Assembly (NCBI GenBank): GCA_900550495.1
Contig: URSJ01000005.1
Span: 9,056-73,055 of the forward strand
Direction of reading: 5' to 3'
Length of the DNA: 64,000 bases
Source of the DNA: an uncultured Rickettsiales bacterium
GTDB lineage: Bacteria; Pseudomonadota; Alphaproteobacteria; Rs-D84
The notes under the pieces were generated by a model, which was not told the origin of the DNA, did no database searches, and saw nothing but the letters and a program-made list of their open reading frames with translations. Positions 58,140 through 64,000 of this stretch are shown here, piece by piece (position 1 is the first letter of the stretch; the number at the start of each line of letters is the position of its first letter). The position numbers and the translations under genes are program-made.

Positions 58140-58718
58140 AAGGGAACCGGTCATTTTTTGTAAAACCCCAGAAAACCAACCTTTTTTATGTTCTGCTTTT
58201 CCCAACCTTGTTAAAATGTCATACACTTTGTATCACACTTTCTTGTTGATACAGTTATAATCCATTTTTTTGATAATGTAAACTGGTTTTTATGGTCGTG
58301 AACCCAGTTTTTATATTTTTTGGGTCAATCGACCACTGTTTCAAGGATGTTTTATCAACGGAGTCATAAAATTTAGGGTTTTGGTATCATAATACCATAA
58401 AAATCAAAAAAAATGCAAAAAAATGACATTTATAAAGTCTAACAAGCGTTAAAAACGTAAAAAAAATAGTTCTAATATATATGGGGTGATAAATTTTGTC
58501 CCATAACCGAACCTATTTTTTATTAACCCCAAAAGACACCAAGTGGGGTCAAATCAAAATAAAATCCAAAAACAAATCAAATACCTTTGTCATCAAAAAA
58601 ATATCGGTATGATTATTTTTGTCGTTTTTTAACATTTGTCCCTTTTTGATGTCCTTTGGATTCCAATTAACATTTTCTGTAAATAATGCACAAACCGAAA
58701 CAACAGAGAGGTATAAAA

Positions 58719-59204
58719 ATGGATACCCAATTTCCAGCGATTATATTCGCAAGACAAAACCTATTTTTTAAACAGGATAAAGTGGATACCTTGACCCCAC
58801 AATTATTTAGAACTACAAAATATTGCTTAAAAAAAGATCTGGTAATTTTACAGACGTTTTTTGAAACACACCCAGCAGATTATGTATTTTATAAAATGAT
58901 AAACTACATAACCGATTTACATAAAACAGTTGCAGTTGTGTTTGATAGTGCAAAACAATTACCCACGTATGATTTTGGAAGAATTGTTTTATTAGATTTT
59001 TTATTCAGCACAAGCACCATTGAAATACATTTGGTTAAGGAAAATATGGTTTTGATGGACATAAAAAGCGAATATGAATCAAAAATGTGGTCAAAATATA
59101 CAAATACACATCCAAAAAAAATGCAGTGGTTACGTAACGGTATTGATGTTTACAAATATTTGGAACTAGATACCACAAATGGTTTACATACTAATCTTGG
59201 TTAA
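58719..59204 (+). CDS. Hypothetical protein
   Basis: ATG 58719 is 8 nt after AGAGAGG. The track ORF starts at 58686. No family recognised. Confidence 0.45.
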   Translation: MDTQFPAIIFARQNLFFKQDKVDTLTPQLFRTTKYCLKKDLVILQTFFETHPADYVFYKMINYITDLHKTVAVVFDSAKQLPTYDFGRIVLLDFLFSTSTIEIHLVKENMVLMDIKSEYESKMWSKYTNTHPKKMQWLRNGIDVYKYLELDTTNGLHTNLG

Positions 59205-59620
59205 TTTATAACAGGCTGGGTGCTTGTCGGGGAACAGTTGACCATTTCGGGCACCCACAGGATACTATTTTACCCAATTTTATTAAAAGACACAGTTTTA
59301 ACCGTTAGTGTCTTATCAACCAACGGAGTGATTATTGTGGGGTATCTGACCCCCGGTATAGGTGAAAAAACGCCTTTACGTTACGGTGCGTATAAATATC
59401 AGTTGTCGTTAATAGACACCTGTGTAAACGACATTATCGGACACTATGGACTTCATAAATAGACGTATTGAAAAATAATGTCGTATTTTATCGGTAATAT
59501 AACTGGGCAAGCCCCAAGTAAACAAATATACCTATAATTAAAATAAATAAAAAAATAACATACAAACAATAATAAAAATAACAATTAACATACCCCATAA
59601 TATAACACATCACTTACATT

Positions 59621-60169
59621 ATGGGGCACAAATATAGGAATAAAAAAATGACTAAATTCAACAAAAATACTTTTTACAGCAAACAGCAATATTATAAAAT
59701 GTTTCCTAAACTTATTTCGTTCCTAAACGAAGACAATCCCACACATTACTTATGTATTCGTTTACCCATTTATGCCGAAACTGATTGCAGTTACAAGGCA
59801 CTTGATTTATTACACCCAATTTTATTAAACCTTGAACGAAAATTATGTGGGTCACATTGGAATCGACATCATTTACGTTTTCGTGGTGTAACAGAATTGG
59901 GGACAAAACACGTGTGTCATTTTCATATTCATTTGACAGCACCCAATCATACCACCGAACAAATACAAAAAGTGTGTAATGATATTATAAAATTACGTAA
60001 AATGCCGTCACATGCTATATTAGTGCAAGACATAAACAGAACCCCTGAACATCTTGCGGGTTACAATACCAAAGAAATATATGTAGATAATTATAATAAC
60101 TTTGAATCGTTACGAATATTTACATCCAACGACTTGTTCAATATACCGTATAAACGCCCCAAAAAATAA
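59621..60169 (+). CDS. Putative HUH-motif protein (rolling-circle Rep / YagK-YfjJ-like)
   Basis: HVCHFHIHLTAP (HUH-like) and a downstream Tyr-containing AGYNTKEIY. Alternative start ATG 59648 after AGGA. Family call is tentative. Confidence 0.4.
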   Translation: MGHKYRNKKMTKFNKNTFYSKQQYYKMFPKLISFLNEDNPTHYLCIRLPIYAETDCSYKALDLLHPILLNLERKLCGSHWNRHHLRFRGVTELGTKHVCHFHIHLTAPNHTTEQIQKVCNDIIKLRKMPSHAILVQDINRTPEHLAGYNTKEIYVDNYNNFESLRIFTSNDLFNIPYKRPKK

Positions 60170-60176
60170 ATAATTA

Positions 60177-60374
60177 TTATTTTTGGACATCACGCACCCA
60201 TTTACCGTTTGAATCGTAAACGTGATTATGGGTGCTGAATATTCCACCGCTTGTGATAACAAAATCTGATGTATATGATACCAACGTCCCATTTACACGA
60301 CAATATTCACGATTGGAACTGTCGTAAAGTGATACTTGGTTGCCGCTTTGTTTTGCATACATTATTTTTTTCAT
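60177..60374 (-). CDS. Small hypothetical protein (65 aa) with an internal repeat pattern
   Basis: ..VSLYDSSNREYCRVNGTLVSYTSDFV..HVYDSNGKWV.., a pattern common in small mobile-element proteins. Confidence 0.4.
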   Translation of the reverse strand: MKKIMYAKQSGNQVSLYDSSNREYCRVNGTLVSYTSDFVITSGGIFSTHNHVYDSNGKWVRDVQK

Positions 60375-60454
60375 TTGTGCTACCTATACTCTGTTTCTAC
60401 GAGAATATTATAATACATAAAAATACTGTCGCAAACGGGTAATTTATAATTTTA

Positions 60455-60484
60455 TTGACTTTTACTAGGGTTTTATGTTACAAT
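60455..60484 (+). promoter_or_regulatory. Sigma-70 promoter with extended -10
   Basis: TTGACT (60455-60460), 18 nt, TGtTACAAT (60476-60484). Confidence 0.5.
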
Positions 60485-60490
60485 GACAGT

Positions 60491-60568
60491 CAGGTAAAGG
60501 GACTATATCCCACGTTAAGCATGTCTATGCAGCCGCAAGGTGTTCGTGTGGTGATTGTCCCTTTTTTT
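60491..60568 (+). ncRNA. Candidate about 75-nt structured small RNA
   Basis: Lies between the promoter above and a closing stem AAAGGGAC (60496-60503) / GTCCCTTT (60557-60564) followed by TTTTT. Internal hairpins GCAT-GTCT-ATGC and CC-GCAA-GG. No ORF. Confidence 0.4.
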
Positions 60569-61196
60569 ATATTTTGCAGGTTATAAAACCAAAATCTAAC
60601 CCTTGTTTGAATATACTGTCAAATCTGTCAATGGGTTTTATATGGTCTAAAACAGAAATTGCACCTAATTCACGCATCATACGTAATAATAAATTGTGCA
60701 TTTTATGACAGGGCATTTGTCTTTTATGGCAAATCAACAAAGAACCATTATGTGAAAACCGATTACGATACCGACGTATTTGGTCTATTTCAAAACAAAC
60801 CTTTTCCAAACGAATAAATGCCTGACGTTTAGAAAATATCTCTGACAATATATTCGGGTATTTGTTCCAAATTGTATCATTATATGTGGACATAAATAAC
60901 CGAGACCAAAAGGCAAAGGTTAAACTGTCTATCAATTCATTACGGTCTGTAATAAGTTTTTCGTCAATCAACTTTTCGTCTTGTTTAACAAAATCAAAAA
61001 TCCAATTTTCACCCATGTATTTGGAAAAAACAAAATCTATCTTGTTACGTAAGGCAACTTCAAATTGACTCAACAATGGGTAAAAACTTTCACAAAGTTC
61101 CACATTGAAAAAGTATTCTTTGATTGTTTCCGGTTTATTTGTATCACCATACTTTGATAAACGTTTTTCAGATAAAAAGTCAATAATTTCACACAT
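60567..61196 (-). CDS. Abi_2 (AbiD/AbiF-like) abortive-infection protein with a HEPN-type Rx4H motif
   Basis: ..ELCESFYPLLSQFEVALRNKI.. and IRRYRNRFSHNG (RNxxxH). ATG 61194-61196; the track starts at TTG 61220. Confidence 0.78.
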   Translation of the reverse strand: MCEIIDFLSEKRLSKYGDTNKPETIKEYFFNVELCESFYPLLSQFEVALRNKIDFVFSKYMGENWIFDFVKQDEKLIDEKLITDRNELIDSLTFAFWSRLFMSTYNDTIWNKYPNILSEIFSKRQAFIRLEKVCFEIDQIRRYRNRFSHNGSLLICHKRQMPCHKMHNLLLRMMRELGAISVLDHIKPIDRFDSIFKQGLDFGFITCKI

Positions 61197-61361
61197 TTGC
61201 CATACCGTTGTTACCGACAATATTATGACAAAATACCTATAATTTCAAGATAAAACCGAAGATTATTTAATAAAAAAAAGGGACGACTGAAAATTTACAC
61301 ATCGTCCCATTATATATACTATTATAATGCCAAAATACCACGGTGTAAACGGGTAAAATGA

Positions 61362-62531
61362 TTATTTAGCTACACCAAAAGCCCCGTTAAATTCTACATT
61401 ATTATTTTGAAATCCTACACCACCAACAGCTTCAGATGCTACATTATTGTCGCCATAGTATATAATATTGGTCTCTAAATTATTTACTGGTTTTTCTGAA
61501 TCCAACGCATAAGTATTTTCACCAGTCAAACTTGTATCTCCCGTCCATGATACACTGTAATTTCCATCCACGGGTTTATTAACGGTAACGGTATACCAGT
61601 TATTAAACGGCATAGTCAATGTAGTATTTCCTGACGCATCAATTTGCAACTGTGTGGCTGTATCACCCGTTTCTATTTTTGTAGACCCATTTTCGTGTAC
61701 TGGACCAAGTGCAGCAATGGCTTTACCTGTAAAGGTTGCACCAGCTAAGTTTTCTGGATTTTTAATTTCTTTTATTTCATAACCACCATAAACTATATTA
61801 TTATCATCACCAACACCGTCACCGTCTTCATGAATTTCTTTGGCTAATATTGTTGTATAACCAAAATCAGCGTATCTTAATTTACGAGCTAATCCTTTGC
61901 CTTGCAAATCAACAACATTACGATGCACGTATTCTGTTGGTTCCATATTTTCTGTGACAGAACTTATAATATCGTTCATTGTATTTTCAGGAACTTCATC
62001 TTCCCAGGCATCTCTGAATGCATTTTTTATTTCGTCAACAGTATATTGTTTCGGTGCCAAAGAGTCTGTATAATATGTATTAGCACCCACCGTTACATTA
62101 TATTTGTATACATTGTTACGAAAAACACTGCTGTCGTCATTTGCGGAATCTTCACGAACAGCCATTTCTTCTAGTTTGTCGCCATTATACATACGTATTT
62201 CTTTTATTCGCCCATTTTCTTCATCTATACCAAAAGATACATATTCATCACCAGGTTCTGTATCGTAATAAAATTTTGCATCATCTAAATGATAAGAAAT
62301 GTATTCTTTACCGCCATTTGTTACCGTTCCAGAACGTACGATACTTGGTGAAGTACCGTCTTTTGCCACTAAAATTTCCGATGCCATAGATGTTACATGT
62401 GAATTACTTGTTATTGCCGTTTCTGATGCACGCATACCAGAATCTGGGATAATACCAGGCTTTCCTCCGCCACTTCCGCCACCACAAGCAGCCAAAGCCA
62501 AAACAGACGTTAAAATTAAACATTTTTTCAT
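61362..62531 (-). CDS. Surface-lipoprotein-like protein with a TbpB/fHbp-type C-terminal beta-barrel
   Basis: Lipobox LAACGGGSGGG. ..LRYADFGY.., ..ATFTGKAIA.. and the terminal ..NGAFGVAK, as in Neisseria/Pasteurellaceae Slam-dependent lipoproteins (recognised from memory). Confidence 0.65.
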   Translation of the reverse strand: MKKCLILTSVLALAACGGGSGGGKPGIIPDSGMRASETAITSNSHVTSMASEILVAKDGTSPSIVRSGTVTNGGKEYISYHLDDAKFYYDTEPGDEYVSFGIDEENGRIKEIRMYNGDKLEEMAVREDSANDDSSVFRNNVYKYNVTVGANTYYTDSLAPKQYTVDEIKNAFRDAWEDEVPENTMNDIISSVTENMEPTEYVHRNVVDLQGKGLARKLRYADFGYTTILAKEIHEDGDGVGDDNNIVYGGYEIKEIKNPENLAGATFTGKAIAALGPVHENGSTKIETGDTATQLQIDASGNTTLTMPFNNWYTVTVNKPVDGNYSVSWTGDTSLTGENTYALDSEKPVNNLETNIIYYGDNNVASEAVGGVGFQNNNVEFNGAFGVAK

Positions 62532-62576
62532 AAATAACTCCCTTGGTTATAAAAAGTTGACCACCAAGGGAAATGG

Positions 62577-62657
62577 TGGTCGGGGAGTTCTCAAATCATT
62601 TGTTCATTGATTCTGCGGTTTTTCGGTTTCCCGTATTTTATAACCAACAGCTCCCCG
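62577..62657 (-). other. 81-nt element closed by a tRNA-Pro-like acceptor stem (CGGGGAG...CTCCCCG-A-CCA) with a non-tRNA interior
   Basis: Read directly on the minus strand. Inner hairpins CGG-GAAA-CCG and AATCA..TGATT. Overlaps the hairpin CCACCA-N7-TGGTGG just upstream of the lipoprotein RBS. Confidence 0.35.
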
Positions 62658-63013
62658 ACATAACATCAGGGATGACAACGGTGCAAAAACACCGAAACAT
62701 CAAATTACGATGCTTTCGCACCGGAACAAACGGGCTTGAGAAATGCCCGAACCCAATCTCTTGGATTCAAGGTAATTATAAAATATCAGACACGAAATGT
62801 AAATACTGATTTAAGAAAAAATTCTGAATAATCAAAATTAAATTATATTCTGCGCTGGTTTGTTAGGAAAAAATCGTAAATTCTTCGTTTCGGATCCATA
62901 TAGAACCATACAGAAACCATTAAAATTTGACACAGGATACCCTGGAACACGTTTTTAAGGGTAATTTATTATTATTTATGGTTTAACAAATCTGGAATTA
63001 AATCTGAATTATT

Positions 63014-63046
63014 TGTTCCCGTTGTTCCCGAAATTCCCTGTTCCCG
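63014..63046. repeat. Three direct copies of TGTTCCCG
   Basis: 63014-63021, 63023-63030 and 63039-63046, about 20 nt beyond the integrase stop. Confidence 0.8.
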
Positions 63047-63066
63047 AATAGTGTTTTTCACTATAT

Positions 63067-63987
63067 TTATAATTTTTTCATAATTTCAGTCCATTTATCA
63101 AAATGTGGTTGTAAAAAGTTGTATTTTAATTTATCAACCTGTTGTTTAATCTGTGGGACAGTGTGTTTTGAATAACTTTTTAACATCGTATTTTCGCCTT
63201 CCCAACCAATAATATCGTTGGTATAAGATTGGGTAACACCTGCATTTTGTAAATTATTACTCGCATTATTACGGAATGAATGAAAGTCCAATTTTTTATC
63301 TGTTGACCCTTTGATACCAATTTCGGTTAAAAATTTTAATACACCACGGGTTGCAAATTTCCCGTTATAAGTTCCGTTCTTTGTTTGACAGTTTGAAAAT
63401 ATAAAATCAGAATCCGTCTTTTTTAATTTTTGTTTCTGTTTTTGAATAAATTGAACAAATCCCATATTTAATAATTGTTCTGGAATCGGGACAATACGTT
63501 CTGACGCTTCGGTTTTTAATTGTTTCAACGGGTGGTTTTTAACAAAATGAATACAGTCAATACCGTCTTCTTTAATAATGTCACCATATTGTAATGTTAT
63601 TACTGCATTTAATCTTGACCCAGTAAATAATGCAATCATACACGCCCAAAATTGATCTGGATTTTCTTTGAAATAATTATATTTTGGGTCAAACATTTGT
63701 AATAATTGTTCATCAGAATATGGAAAATGTGGATTCTTTTCAGATTTTGGTGTTTTGTTAAAGTTAGGTAATATATTCAATAAGTTAGTTTTATAAACAT
63801 CTGGTTCCAAAAAATGTGCGTGATTTATAACTTCTTTGATATATCTCACGTGTTTCCGTTTGGAATCACCATTTATTTTACCGTTTTTTCTTATGACATC
63901 ACAAATGTCTTGAATCACATTTGGTTTATAAAAATCCGTATAATTGGACTTGGTGTCCATATTGATACCTTTCAAATTATTCTGCAT
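63067..63987 (-). CDS. Tyrosine recombinase/integrase
   Basis: ..ASERIVPIP.. (Arg I), FHSFRNN (HxxR), IIGWEG and ..LKSYSKH (Tyr). 306 aa. Starts 13 nt from the window edge. Confidence 0.88.
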   Translation of the reverse strand: MQNNLKGINMDTKSNYTDFYKPNVIQDICDVIRKNGKINGDSKRKHVRYIKEVINHAHFLEPDVYKTNLLNILPNFNKTPKSEKNPHFPYSDEQLLQMFDPKYNYFKENPDQFWACMIALFTGSRLNAVITLQYGDIIKEDGIDCIHFVKNHPLKQLKTEASERIVPIPEQLLNMGFVQFIQKQKQKLKKTDSDFIFSNCQTKNGTYNGKFATRGVLKFLTEIGIKGSTDKKLDFHSFRNNASNNLQNAGVTQSYTNDIIGWEGENTMLKSYSKHTVPQIKQQVDKLKYNFLQPHFDKWTEIMKKL

Positions 63988-64000
63988 TATATGATATTTA

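Larger units (their letters stand above)
55711..64000. mobile_element. AT-rich integrated-element mosaic (integrase, HUH-like protein, Abi, recombinase remnants); right end not in the window
   Basis: Abrupt by-eye drop in GC, mobile-element gene content, tRNA-Pro-3'-end-like direct repeats, and integrase at the right edge. Confidence 0.55.

Noticed and set aside
57880-58140. Two-piece (permuted) tmRNA gene, considered because of the CCA-ending GC-rich segments followed by terminators.
   Set aside because: I could find no T-arm (GGTTCGA-type loop with a paired stem) and no G3:U70 acceptor. There is also no plausible tag reading frame ending in a hydrophobic ..AA stop. The ends fit tRNA-Pro rather than tRNA-Ala-like tmRNA. 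Only an Infernal search can settle this.
59220-59462. 80-aa ORF between the 58719 and 59621 genes.
   Set aside because: It has a non-ATG start, no RBS and no recognisable features. It may be real but is not supportable from sequence alone.
62577-62657. A genuine tRNA-Pro gene.
   Set aside because: The acceptor stem and ACCA are perfect, but no D-arm, anticodon arm or T-arm can be drawn, and position 8 is C. It is reported as a mimic or hybrid site instead.

Overview
This 64-kb window comes from a diderm bacterium. LptB/LptC-like, BamE, OmpA, CarD and a pyruvate:ferredoxin oxidoreductase suggest a small-genome, anaerobic, host-associated proteobacterium; that is inference only.

Positions 1-49 kb are mostly core genes: N-domain-less clpB, an MsbA-like ABC exporter, tRNA-Ala, rpsU, polA, pth, an alpha-2-macroglobulin/pbpC pair, rpsB-tsf, tyrS, an EnvC-like gene, ctpA, PFOR, bamE, carD and lptB. 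Interleaved with them are lineage-specific secreted Cys-rich proteins, outer-membrane proteins, an S8 autotransporter, an orphan serine recombinase, a degenerate-Fic/kinase gene pair, and a three-gene lipoprotein paralog cluster shaped by a 503-bp direct repeat.

Positions 49.4-55.6 kb hold a type II-C CRISPR-Cas locus with an unusual layout. The tracrRNA is on the minus strand, cas9 on the plus strand, and cas2-cas1 and the array on the minus strand. Each repeat carries an extended -10 box.

The most striking observation is a complete AT-rich thyX gene lying as a 735-bp pseudo-spacer between repeat 8 and a ninth, orphan repeat. That orphan repeat also truncates a P-loop kinase gene.

From about 55.7 kb to the right edge lies an AT-rich integrated-element mosaic. 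It contains a tyrosine integrase, an HUH-like protein, an Abi_2/HEPN gene, a TbpB-like surface lipoprotein, recombinase remnants and tRNA-Pro-3'-end-like direct repeats. It also contains a promoter-to-terminator small RNA candidate with a segment resembling the tracrRNA anti-repeat. All coordinates and motifs were read by eye and no database searches were run.
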